DNA of 64,000 bases from Fimbriosthenelais zetlandica (GCA_977030845.1 OZ365111.1:40858001-40922000), one strand, 5' to 3'. Positions 12,375 to 24,171 are shown, counted from the stretch's first letter. Numbers and translations: made by a program. Notes: generated by a model from the letters alone, not told the origin.

Positions 12375-14775
12375 TAAACATTCTTTCGTCTTCAAAGGAA
12401 AAAGCACCAAAGCCCTTTTGAATTAAGTTGAGAGATTGCTTTCTATTACAATTCCCATCAACTTTTTGCAACTGAGATAGACAAAAACATCCACTTTCCT
12501 CACTATATTCAAGATATCTTCTTGCTATTGCATACTACTTGTACAAGATACATGGCCATTATATTCCATTATAATATCTGATTTAAGGATTAATTGAAAC
12601 CCTGCCTTAAGGAAATGGTATGGTACCACATATTTACTATACATAATAAATTGATTTCGAGCAGCTTACTTCAGCATGTACATAATAAGAGGGCTTTCAT
12701 GCGAGGAATAATGAAGCTGTAATAATGAAGTAAGGTATGGGCACAGACAGCGCGTCCCATCAGTGAGAAGAGGCGGGGCTTCCTTTTACTGCTGATTCAA
12801 TTTGTCACAGTCTCCCACAGCGCTCACCAGGGTGCGCCTACCATATCAAAGAGACACCAAGGTAGCGTAGGCAAGAATTGATTAATATGTCAATATGGGA
12901 AGGGTGGAAGCGCGGAGGGTGGGGGCGAGGGGGTGGAAATAATGATAGGGTACATAGATGAGGGGCATACATATACAGCAGCTGCATGTGTATAGTTCCT
13001 ACTGGGATACCCCCCGATCATTACCTCATCTGGATCTAATATTAATTGCTTCAGATTTATTTTGCATTTTGCGCCCATTTCGTGCTATTTAGCAACCATT
13101 TTCCTGAATGATGATCTGAGGGATTGCGACACTTGAAACTGTCTACATATATATTCGTCAGTCTATATTGGTTTTGATGTCTGGTATGATTAAAGTAACA
13201 AATGGGGAATGAAACAAAGCCACTGCATTCATTGTGCAGCTAGATGAATGAAGGAGCGTCTCGCACCTCTTTGATGAAAACCTTTAATATGAGGAGGCCA
13301 AATGAAATCAAGGGGGACGGACAAGGTGGTAACTAATCAAATGAGATGACAGAGTGGGCGAGCGAGTGGCACGCGCGGCAGAGCTAGTGGGAGAGGGTGG
13401 GGGGCAAGAGAGAAGAGGAAGAGCTAGGAAGAGGAGGGGGAGCGAAGAAGCTACTGAAAAGGCAAACTTGGTCAAGTAATTAGCGTTGATTTGATTGGCA
13501 ACATTCGACTACAGCCTGCAGCTAGTCTTCCCTCAATTACATGCGTACACAACACCGCAAAATGACATTAACGCCAGCGTAGAGCTTCGTAAATGCCCCA
13601 GAGTCAATCCCTACAAGTTTCAAAGGCACGCTGCCCATTATCTTGTTCAAACTGCAGTTTGCAAGGAGCTGATATGATCGCCAGAGATGATCACATTTAC
13701 GCGGGCGCGACTGGCGCGCATTCCTCGCTTTATAGGAGCGCGCATGCATCAAATCTCCCGGCGAGCGCATCTCCTTATTGCTGACGAACATTCAATTTGA
13801 CTTTGTTAATTTGCAAGACTAACAAGTGCGGGCTTGCCGAGCCTGGAGGCTGTTTACAGGAGAAGACATTAAGGAACGGCGGATGGCCATTTTCTGGTTC
13901 AAATCCCAGCATTCAACATGTCACTTCAATTTGAAGCCCCGTCTGATCAAGGCGCCGGTACCAAATAACATCGCCGACGCCTCCCTCCAACTCCGCAGCA
14001 AAGAAAGAGTTCTTAGAAAATTGGAAAATGTGCTGGACCGGCAAGCGAAAAGTGAAGCAGTGGCAAAGAGGTAACAAGAAAAAAAAGGCCACCATCACGG
14101 CAGCATCAGCAGCCAGAAGCAATCTTGGCGATGTTCGCCAGCTAAAATAAAACCTCCAGACCATTTTCTTCTTGGGCCGCATGTCAAAATCTTTCTCACG
14201 TGCGCGTGCCCACTGACAAGGCAGAGTGGCAATTCGTGACATTTCCGGCTAGTATTTGGCGCTAGGATGTGGCTAGGCTGGCGTAGTTGTTGGCTTTGAA
14301 ATGTTCATGTGGTTTTCTGTCAAGGCGCTGTGAACATTCCCCCTTCAGGGGACTACATGAAAACAGCTTCCTGATTATCTCTCCCCCAAACTTTTCCCCC
14401 GATAAAGTAAAAAGCTGTGTTTACGATGAAACCAACAGAGGCAATGTAAATGCAAGGAGGTTTGCTAAAAAAAATGACCGTACAATTCTTCATTTCTTGA
14501 ATCGTAGTGGATGATTCGTGCATCATGCAAACACAAATAGTTGCACTAGTTTGGTCACAACGTATAAAGAAGGCGATAGATTTGTAAGTTGGCGAGACTA
14601 AAGCCTTGTGCTCAACTGGCCAACAGAACTGATAGACCGACCCTCCACCTTGTGTGCAAATCCAGAACTGAGCAGCTCTGATGAGTTCGTCGCGGACCTG
14701 AGTTGGAGATCTCCTGGTAAAACTTATGTTTTCGTAAACTGAATCATCGAATAAGTAATATGGACATACAATTGA

Positions 14776-14956
14776 TTAAAGGGGCAAACAACACTAGACC
14801 AATGTTGGTTTCTGAAAACAAAACATCTCTCCTGAAAACAAAATTATCTATCCTGAAATACATTTGGTGAAAAATATAAAATATTTAGTTATTTTTCGGC
14901 AAGTTTTTTTTTATTTTTAAAACCCTACATTATACTAGTGCTTTCTGCCACTTTAA
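14776..14956. mobile_element. Possible Kolobok-like MITE remnant
   Basis: TTAA|AGGGGCA...TGCCACT|TTAA (TTAA on both sides, short imperfect TIR); internal CTGAAAACAAAA duplicated. Confidence 0.3.
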
Positions 14957-15554
14957 TGATACATACACGTAGGACGTAATTATGTGTTTTTCTTGTGTAT
15001 CTGTCAGGACAGATCATGTCCTAATACCTGCTCACTCAATATGGGATTAAGTATTGAGAATCCCATGTAGTTTCAAAATGCACTTCTAGATGAGCTCAAT
15101 AACAATAATGAGCAACTCTCTTCAGAGGCTGAGAGGTAAACATGTCCTTGCCAAGAGCAACTCAGGAAGCTTCCATCTCTCTTAATAATGCCACCCAGTT
15201 ATGTGCTTCTGGCGCCTAATGAAATGTCAAAATATATGACACAATACTGGTGCCCGCTCTTGATGAATGGCCTATTTCATAGGATACAGCACTATAATAG
15301 AAATTCAATTGCGACGATCCTGGCCTAAGTCAGTAATCAGCTTAGGCGGTGAGAGCGCGGGGCGAGCCAGGAAATGAAGGGAACACTACCTCCAGAGCTC
15401 CTCCAGCTGAGACACAGGAGGGGCGCACGCATGGAGGAGGGAGGGAGGGAGGAGGAGAGGCTGGTGCTCCCACCTAGTGGTCGGGAGTGACTATATAATA
15501 TGATCTAACAGTGGCTTCACTGAAATACGATTTTTTTTAATTGTATACAAGGAT

Positions 15555-15585
<31 letters not shown>

Positions 15586-15620
15586 AAGAAAGAGAAAGAA
15601 AGAGAGACATAGGAGAGAAA
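15555..15620. repeat. (GA)/(GACAGA)n microsatellite
   Basis: Visible directly in the sequence. Confidence 0.9.
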
Positions 15621-16589
15621 TGCATGTACATGTTTCTGATGAAATTTACATTTCCAGAAAGTAAAATCTGAGACTCCCAAAGGTAAGGAGACAACACAAA
15701 TCCGCCGAGTACCTCAATGCAATTGGGGCAGCCAATTCACCAAGTGATTTCATTCGCAAATGAAATATAGCCTATAGAATATAGGCCTACACACCCTTTG
15801 GTTCAATGCCCACTTGGTAAACAACTCAATTTTATAATAAAAAAGAATATAGACTTCCAGGTAGACGTCCTTTGGAATAATGAGAACGTGGGTGAAGTGA
15901 AGCTGCAGTCTAATATGTCAGGCAGTCTGTGAGAGATAGGTAATCGGCTTATAGCGCTTCACGAAGTAGCATTTTGCACGTATCGAAAGCACCATCTGTA
16001 TATATATATACCTATAGCTCAGGTCGCCTCCTCCCAATAACAACAGATCGGAATAAAACACATTTATTGTTCCAGGTAATCAACATTCTCCTCTTAATTA
16101 ATCAGAGCTGCTATACCGAGAGCAATTTCCAAAGGTAATTAATTAAACTGTGAGCATCCCATGCCCGCGGCTAATAACACTCGCGGCTGCCGAGGGCCGG
16201 GCAAGCAATCACACGGCATTGGACGTAATACGCAGATTGAAGCGAGATCATATCATGCTGAATGGAGACTTACAGATGGTAAGTATGGAAAATAAGGTTA
16301 AATACCATATATATATGTATGACGATGTTGCTTATGAATAACTCATAGGAAAGTCCATGCGAACTAATGTATAGGCTATATGCCTATATCATGACCGAAT
16401 CTGTCGTTCTATTTAGAAGAAAGCCGACTTGAGAGAAAAATAACTATTTATCTCTAGAAGTAGAGTGGATAAATAAAAGAATGTTCTGGTAAAATATAAT
16501 GTATTAGTGATATATAATTTATAGAATTTGTGTTTCATCAAAACAGCAGGCAGACTTTCATGAGCCATCTTCAAATACCTCTTCCTTTA

Positions 16590-16750
16590 AACTACTTTAT
16601 TATATACTACTTCCATATGTATACTACTGACACTTCTGTGTGTTTTTATATACTACTTTATATTTACACTACTTCCCATAGACTACTAATACAGTACGCA
16701 ATTCCTATATACTACTTAATTTTATACTATTTATACATACTATCTATACT
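16590..16750. repeat. AT-rich degenerate repeat with recurring (T)ACTACT
   Basis: ACTACT recurs about 7 times at irregular 13-30 nt spacing. Confidence 0.6.
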
Positions 16751-17229
16751 AGTTATATTGTTAACACTGCTGCATGTTAAATAGGCCTACATTGAGAAAG
16801 TAATGTTAGTGATTCCATTGTTTAGCCATTCCTTTTATCATTTCTATCCCAAATCTTCCCAGATGATAATGTGACTTTCTTCCACCCATATTCCCCTGGG
16901 TTATGGCTAACACCTGAGGGTTTTCTATCTCCAGCTTAGAGACGACCTTGTATTCCCGGGCCCTGGTTGAACTTTGACCCCTCCTGACCTCCCCAGAGAC
17001 AACAATCCAGGCTAATTATAAAGATCTCAATTGCCTTGCTTAAAACATGGACAATTTTCAGAAGGAAGAACCAACAATGGAAACTCTATGGGCAGATTCG
17101 GATTCAGTTTTCTCCCAGCCTGAAACTTGTCTCATGGCAATTCACGAAAGTGTCAAAGGTTCCAAATGTATCGATTGAAAATCAAATTCAAGCTAAAAGG
17201 CCTAATTGGTGCGAATATTAACTCCTATC

Positions 17230-17600
17230 TGTTAAGAAGGCGTTGAGGGCGGGCTCGGATGACCCGGGGATAAAAGCCTGGAGGCAGATGAGACCAAACC
17301 CCCCACCAGGTGCCGCCAAGATCAGCCATGTTGTGACGTAACATCCAGCCGCCCTTCCTGTTTCTAATTATCTCTATTACAGGCCAATAATCCGACAGGA
17401 AATGAGTGTGTGTCGCCAATCAGTGGACGTTGTTCAACTCAATTCAAGACAGTTCATTTCTTTTTCCGTCCCAAAGAAGAGACTGGGCGGGGAAGGATGA
17501 CGTCATGCGCCCATCTGGGCATTGCGGCGTGTCGTGTGACCGCCAGAGGGAACCTCTATACTCTCAGTGAGATTCACCATTGGATCTTAATAATGGCGCC
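17230..17600. promoter_or_regulatory. Candidate promoter/enhancer island (CCAAT, GC box, CRE, CTCF-like)
   Basis: CCAAT 17416-17420, GGGCGGGG 17485-17492, TGACGTCA 17498-17505, CTCF-like CCACCAGGTGCCGC 17303-17316 and CCGCCAGAGGGAAC 17540-17553. Motif matching only. Confidence 0.4.
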
Positions 17601-18054
17601 CCTCCCCCCTTGACTATAGCTGCTAAATCTCTTCATCTTTCAGCTCTCAGGGCTCCGGTGAACTATAGGTCCTTAATTAATTTGTCGTAATCAGTAATTA
17701 CTTTCCTATTCCCCACCTGTACAGCTATGGCTGCTGGCTGCTATATACGGCAGAGAGTAAACAAGGAGGACAGGAAAGTTTGTCACTGTGTCTCCCATTC
17801 GGATATGGCTTAAAGAAATCCATTCTTTAAAAAGAAAAACTGTATTAGGATCCAGGGAGTTCCCTCCAATGGAGAAGCCTCACTGAATACATTCCCTAAT
17901 ACTGCATGTATAAAAGGAAGGTAAAGAGGTTTCATTCTGGGCTAGTCATATGCACACTAGTAAACAAGCTACAGGTATAAGCCCGAACAAAGCAACACTA
18001 TATCTTAGCCTAAATGGATTCATATTATATAAAGTTAAGGAAAAGTGAACTTAC

Positions 18055-18151
18055 AGAATATTCAGCTGCATCTGTCGGCGTATCAGGGCGTTCTTTTTAT
18101 TAACTAATAAGAACCATTCCTGCATTAACGCTTCTTCTCTATCTTTGAGAC
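18055..18151 (-). CDS. EHBP1: EHBP1 exon, bMERB domain (phase 1->2); last exon found in the window
   Basis: (G)[31 protein letters not shown](L). Acceptor aatttcag|, donor |gtaagt; 97 nt. Confidence 0.97.
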
Positions 18152-18277
18152 CTGAAATTGTAGAGAAATAAAGTAAAACATTTGGCAATTACTGCGAAAA
18201 AAAATTGAAAACCAGAAGCAAGAATTATGCTCACAAGCTCAGTGATAAAATAAAATAGGAGCCATTTTAAAACTGAC

Positions 18278-18398
18278 CTTTGTCCATTACTTGTCGGAGT
18301 TCCCACTCCACTTGTGCCGCTCGTTCATCTATTTGTTTTTGTTCTCGTTCGACTGCAGCCATTTCTCCACTGACATATTGTGAAGTATCCAGAAGACC
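18278..18398 (-). CDS. EHBP1: EHBP1 exon, start of the bMERB/DUF3585 Rab-binding domain (phase 0->1)
   Basis: GLLDTSQYVSGEMAAVEREQKQIDERAAQVEWELRQVMDK(G), compare vertebrate DTSQYVVGELAALENEQKQIDTRAA. Acceptor tttttcag|, donor AAG|gtcagt; 121 nt. Confidence 0.97.
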
Positions 18399-20385
18399 CT
18401 GAAAAATGAAAACAAATGAGTTAAAAAAAGGGGGAAAAAGGAAAATTCTTTTATACATTTCAAGTAGAAATATCTACTATACATAGCAAATATATTTCAA
18501 TTTATTTCAAAATCATTTTTGTGATTGTACTTGTATTTAATGTACATTTGAGTAGGGCTCTTGTAAACTATGTTATATAGAGTGAGAAGGGGTCAGATTC
18601 CCTGCTGTTGAGAGAAGCTCCAGTTAGCCAGGCAAGCCGTAGTAGGTTCATGTGAGTAGATCGGCTTTGTCGGGCAGGCGGGAGGGAAGCCACTCGTTAG
18701 GTGGTGATTTGTAGTTCTTGCCCAGCAATTCCGCCCAGCAAAGCTCCTTCAACGAGCCCCGAGGTCTCTGTCAGCATCGTGTCACCCCTAAAAACAATAC
18801 TCCTCTCCACAGACTTCATTATAACCTTCCCCACTAAAAATATCAACACATCTCTGTCCACATCTCAACTTTCAACAGCGAGGACGTCTTCTGGATTCAA
18901 AACTTTCTCTTGGCGACCCCGATGAGTTTGATTCCGAGCATCAAACAGATGGACATTGATGAATTTGTAATTTCCGTGTGCGCGAATATATCTTTGGCTT
19001 AATTTGGAAATATAGCAAGGAGAAGAGTATAGGTGCTCGCGTGGGGAGGCCAAGCCCCGTGTTGCCTGACACTGCGGCCCATCTCTATGAACTATTATAA
19101 CTAATCATCTTAGCAGCGGACCAAAGCAGAAAAATTATGGGGGATTGTGCGGCCAACCTGATCCCCAGCTGATAGTAGAGATCGATAGGGCTGGAGGGTA
19201 TCAGTGGCCTGGTTGGGATCGATCACCTCGGGATTTGGGGATCAGTCGTTAATTGTGACAGGCCCGCTTATTGATGGCTCCACAGGCGATCCACACACGG
19301 CATTTGAAAATGGTCGCTCCCCACGTGAGTGTACAGGGATTGTAGACTACACACTTTCTCTCTCTAAGGTCTATCCCAACTGATGCTCCTATCCCTACTG
19401 ATGTTCCTGGCTTCCATAGACAAAGGGATCTTTTTAAAGTATAGATGAAATCAGTACTACTATCAGCACAGCAACCATTACTTCAAAGATGGACACTGAT
19501 TTCAAACCATTGCTGAATTGTACAGCTATACATTGAATTGTACTGAAATGCATTGAAATCAAGGCATTTTGTCCATGAATATGGAAAATGTAAAATCATT
19601 GTTTGAGAGTGGTGCACTGTTCTCTGTTCATTCATTTGAACTCGTGAATAACTGATTCCATAAACATGAGGTAAATGAATATTTAAGTAGAAAACAAGCA
19701 AATTAAGAGAGGAACAATACTGTATAAGCTGTACTGGAACATCACACTTGACCCCAATGAGCATTTCATGTCCATCTCAGCCAGGGCATTGGCAATAAAG
19801 AGGGTCTTAGTATGATGCATAGGAAATGGATTTTTAGGATCAAGATAATAAATGTCCAATACATCAGAGGCTAAGCTTCGTTAATTTACTTTTCATTACA
19901 GACACGAGATGGCTTTTCCATTATAAAACGGTGTCAACTCTGCTAGTTTCTTACTGCTTTTGTCTCGTGTTTGACCATGGTGCTGTCAAACATCGTTGGC
20001 TGGGGTGTTTATTTATGTGTCCTGTAATGAATAATAAATCTAAATGGCTTTTCAACACAGGCTTGCTCATGCAATGCTTATTTAATGGGAGTGCGGGTTC
20101 TGAGGAAACATTTCTTTCCATTCTTCTCATTCCTTCTGTTACGAGATCTTTGCTGCAGTTCAGCAAATTTTGGGAAGGATAGTTGAATGGGATACAAATT
20201 TAACCCTGAAGTCGGCAACTCTGCCTCTCCAGCACCATTCCACCACCCCACCTCATCCCTGGTTTCTTTGCCAATTGACCAATTTGTCTCCAAAGACTGG
20301 TCCTTAGGTCCTGAATATTTTTGATAATATATCGACACAGGTGCGCCCTATGCGGACATTCACTTTTAGAATATAATATTTTTAC

Positions 20386-20489
20386 CTCATCATTTTCTGG
20401 CTCTGAGCCGGAGGATTCTTCATCTCGGCGAAGCTCACCACTGCTGTCTAATTCATCATCACCTCGGCCCGTAGGTGAATGTTGGTCAT
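20386..20489 (-). CDS. EHBP1: EHBP1 acidic exon preceding bMERB (phase 1->0)
   Basis: (D)DQHSPTGRGDDELDSSGELRRDEESSGSEPENDE. Acceptor gctttcag|, donor GAG|gtaaaa; 104 nt. Confidence 0.87.
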
Positions 20490-20802
20490 CTGAAAGCAAC
20501 ATTTATATAAATTATTAACATTATTTATAATACTAATTAGTTATATTAATATACCACTTTAAGAATTCTATTACATCCAAGTAAAGGCAATTTAATTTTT
20601 ATTTAGGATGTTTATACAGCGATTTATAAGGGTCATAGGCTCACGGGGCACAATGCATGTGGCTATTCTGCTGTTTTTCTAGGTGCAGACTAAGAGGGAG
20701 GTGTGTATAGTGGGTTAGTAGAAAGATTGAGGTTGTTAGTATAAGTGTAATTAAATTTGAGATATGAGATATCTCCACAGTATCATTATGGTTTATGCCT
20801 AC

Positions 20803-20908
20803 CTCGGTTATTTGTGGCTCGGAATTCATTGAATGAATTCATCGATTCCTTGCCTGGTGAAATGACCCTGCGATTAGACTTGTCTCTGGGCGACGGCGGT
20901 TTTGTAAT
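20803..20908 (-). CDS. EHBP1: EHBP1 exon (phase 0->1)
   Basis: ITKPPSPRDKSNRRVISPGKESMNSFNEFRATNNR(D). Acceptor tttccag|, donor G|gtaggc; 106 nt; phases fit both neighbours. Confidence 0.87.
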
Positions 20909-21141
20909 CTGGAAATTTCAAAATTTAACAACATGAAGAATTTGCAACTGAATCAGTAATGAATATTCACAGCGTGGATATGTCTACAGAATCTTACCCC
21001 GGATTTCGGTCGTATTTCTGTGAAAAATTAATACAAATTCATAAAAAAAATTCTCAAATATACTGTAATACAGGTAGAGGGAGAAGAATTTATATTACAA
21101 ATTCATAGTCATGTTATTATCTTTTGGAATGATATACACAC

Positions 21142-21263
21142 CTCTTCTTCTGTGTCGTCCCTTGCCTTGTTGGCACTGGTGGCCAGAGCCGAGGCGAGGT
21201 TAGGCCGCGTTAACATGATCTTCTTTAACTTTACATCTGTCTTTTGAGCTTCGCTTCTAGCAC
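21142..21263 (-). CDS. EHBP1: EHBP1 exon (phase 1->0)
   Basis: (G)ARSEAQKTDVKLKKIMLTRPNLASALATSANKARDDTEEE, compare vertebrate VDLKLKKLL. Acceptor tctctgaag|, donor GAG|gtgtgt; 122 nt. Confidence 0.88.
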
Positions 21264-22238
21264 CTTCAGAGAAAATGAACACATCCAAGAAAAGATTAAA
21301 CACAAATGGAAATGTTTCATATTTTAACACGGTAGTTTTCTTTTTACCAGGACAAGAAAATACATAGAAAAATATAGGGAAAAAACGTTTTGCACTGGAG
21401 TTGGACATCCAAAAAGGACATCCTTTTTGAAAAGAGTGTACAAAAGCAATAAATACATTTTGAAGGGGATGCACATTCACAGCCCGCGCATGCGCATTGT
21501 ATTGAATATTTAAAACAATGGACCACAACTCATGTATGTACAATTCTTGTTTGCAATTCACAATTCATTTAAAAAACCATATTATATAGAATCAAATGCT
21601 ATCAGGAAATTAGTGGACCTACACTTTAATCGTTCTTTATGGAAACCGAGTCCTATAATATTGCATTGTTGAATTTCCTAATTCACATGATGAACTAATT
21701 TTAAAAATAAGTGTCCTTTAAGTGGATCTATCTTCTATATTATAGAAGTTCAGTTCAAATATATACTTCAAATCTTGACTTCTATACTCAAAGGAATATA
21801 ATATTATTATCCATCTCCCAAAGTTAGAATATCTAATCATCTTATGCAGCTGAACTATTTTATGGAGTCTATTTTTAGTGTCTGGATTCTTAGGAATTAG
21901 CCGAAATTATGCAACATTTCTGAATGCCAGTCCTTATTGATAAGTCAAGTGTTTGTGCAGAATCTTAAATAGTTTGATGCCATTATGCCATAGATTCAGT
22001 TAGATAATTTAAAAGTTTATAAATAAATCGTTAACAGTGAATATTAATGTAATTATGAAGCCACATGCTCTGTATTATATTGAGTAATTTTCTCAACAAC
22101 AGAATGACTTCTCGTTGACTGGAGTGCATGATATAATAAAGACACCAATGCTGCAGCAATTCAGGGGAGCATCATGAAAAACCAATGCTTAAATCCATAA
22201 ATTCATCAATCCTCCAATGATTATAATTAGCCAGTCAC

Positions 22239-22278
22239 CACTTGCTGTACAACCTAATGAAGCGGCGTAATTATAATA
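22239..22278 (-). CDS. EHBP1: Candidate EHBP1 40-nt exon YYNYAASLGCTAS(G) (phase 0->1)
   Basis: Long polypyrimidine tract ending tcttttcacag|, donor GTG|gtgact. Contains a TAA stop if entered in phase 1. Confidence 0.4.
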
Positions 22279-22587
22279 CTGTGAAAAGAATCATTATTAA
22301 AACAGACGGAAAAAGGAAAGAACAAAGTCCAAAAAGCTCCAAATGCTGCAATGGGAAATCAGTATTTTCTTCGGTTTTTAATAAAGAGCAAGTTCGACTA
22401 CAGGACAGCTCTAGACCATGTATACATGTCATTAATTTTTAATTCATTGATTATCAATTAACTACATGGTTATCTACAAGGGGGATGCTGCTTCTTATCT
22501 TTAAATATCAAAAGAAAAGGCAAGGAAGGGGAGAAAAAAGAAAGGTTAGCCTCAGAGAGAAAAAAAGAACCAATATGATGATCGTAC

Positions 22588-22632
22588 CCTGACGACTGAA
22601 TTGGTAGAATTCGAAAGGCCCAGTGCCGACAC
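22588..22632 (-). CDS. EHBP1: Candidate EHBP1 45-nt cassette exon (GVGTGPFEFYQFSRQ in phase 1, or VSALGLSNSTNSVVR in phase 0)
   Basis: Acceptor tctttccccactag|, donor AGG|gtacga; frame-preserving and open in both frames. Confidence 0.55.
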
Positions 22633-23314
22633 CTAGTGGGGAAAGACCGAAATCAAGTGTAGAGTCAGTGTGTTCTCCAGACTCACAGAACCACAGCAAT
22701 TCACCAGTGTAAAGAAAGGGAAATGGAATTTTGACTGAAGCTTCTATTAATAAATTTACATTAATTAAGTTTCTTTTGTAATAATCTTATAAATATACTT
22801 CGATAACCAAGTGTATGGAAAAAAGTTGATCTGTACCGATTTTTATTTGTGTTTGATTTATGTCTATTGGACCATTTTGTTGTACATGTACATACATCAG
22901 TCGACCATTAATGACCTATGAGTCGACTGATGGACGTCAAAATACTACTTAATAGCCCAATAGAATAAAGCTTTACTTTTAAAATAATAATTCTCACTAG
23001 AGCAGAAATAGGAAGATGTGAGGAAGACTAGTACAAATATATAAAAAATATTTGTAATAATCTATATTAAAAAAAAAATTATGGAGATATTTATTTTTTA
23101 ACTGTGCTATAATGACAAAAGATTTCAATTTAATAGTGTTAACACTCCAGTAATTAGACACTAAGCTTTTGTGTTATATACATCAATCATAGAATATACT
23201 CAATCCATATGAAAAATGAAATTGAATCTACATTAGATAGATTAGGTTATTTAACTCAGGGGGTTTAGGTGTTAGTGAAAAAGTTGGGTTTGGAAATAAA
23301 AAATAATAGAATAC

Positions 23315-23341
23315 CTCGTCGTGGCTTTCTCCTTCGGCCAC
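23315..23341 (-). CDS. EHBP1: Candidate EHBP1 27-nt microexon (VAEGESHDE in phase 0, or GGRRRKPRR in phase 1)
   Basis: Consensus branch point tgactaac about 22-29 nt upstream, acceptor ggcag|, donor GAG|gtattc; GC-rich 27-mer in an AT-rich intron. Confidence 0.55.
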
Positions 23342-24171
23342 CTGCCGACCCATTAAAATAGGTTAGTCAAAAGTTTAACAAACAAAAATAGACAGTGACA
23401 ACTCAGCAAAATTAGGATGATACAATTCATTATTGGGGAAAATACGTCGATTTATTCTAGGATTATTATTCAATCAAGATAGGAAAATAGAGGAAAAGAA
23501 TTATAAATAGGATTGGTTTATTTCCTAATTTTTTGTTATTGATGAAGGGATCTTGAACTAGTCAAATCACGCAGAACTAAAGAACGAGGTTGTTGACAAC
23601 ATCAACAATTCCCACATAGACTAGAATCATTCACCGCCCATTAGTACAAAAATTATGCAACACATGATAATATAGTTGAAGGTGTTACACTGCGAATATA
23701 ACATACTAATACTAACTAGGCCTATTATTTCTCACCAGAAAGTCCCATTCAATGTTCCTATACTAAGTCCACTGAACTGTTCTCTTTGCATAATGTCAAA
23801 TAGCTGAGCGCCCACTCTAAGGATGGACCACTAAGATAGTAGTTAAGGCAGTTCAGCCAAAATTAATTGTTACACTTTGGAAAAATACATGTCAAATCTG
23901 AATATAATTTAAAAAATTTAAGTAATTTTAAAATGTGGATAAATTTTGGCTACATTGTAGGTGTTTCCTCTATGGTATGACCAATTTTAACTGCTATCTT
24001 AGTTGTCTATCGTAATAGTGGATGCACCCCTTAAACAGCTAGCTCGACTGGCATACCGACTGACATAAATCAAGAAAACAGCCCAGTGGACATAAGGCTT
24101 AAGGCATACACATACCACATTATAACACATGAAGAACAGGTCAGAAGAACAGAAATAAAACTTCAACTTAC

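Noticed and set aside
13928-13940. ATTTGAAGCCCCG shared with about 46984-46996
   Set aside because: 13-nt exact repeats are expected by chance many times in 64 kb.
13826-14074. ORF with ERRMAIFWFKSQ resembling homeodomain helix 3 (possible Otx)
   Set aside because: Spacing is off by one, there is no NRR, and helices 1-2 are absent; treated as coincidence.
14670-14715. CTGATGA followed by a small stem (hammerhead-like); also GGTC-loop-GACC-GAAAC at about 46542-46560
   Set aside because: Each lacks the other half of the catalytic core (GAAA or CUGANGA); no complete hammerhead found.
1-18054. TAATCC/GGATTA (K50/Otx) sites as evidence of autoregulation
   Set aside because: About 8 seen versus about 11 expected; not enriched.
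18600-19080. GC-richer intronic block with interrupted open frames
   Set aside because: No frame gave a recognisable TE or protein motif; EHBP1 phases join correctly without it.
21486-21495. Perfect NRF1 palindrome GCGCATGCGC
   Set aside because: Single isolated site in an AT-rich intron with no accompanying promoter features.
22687-22734. 48-nt segment with a GTGAGT donor (KIPFPFLYTGELLWF)
   Set aside because: Poor acceptor context, and only 54 nt from the next acceptor.
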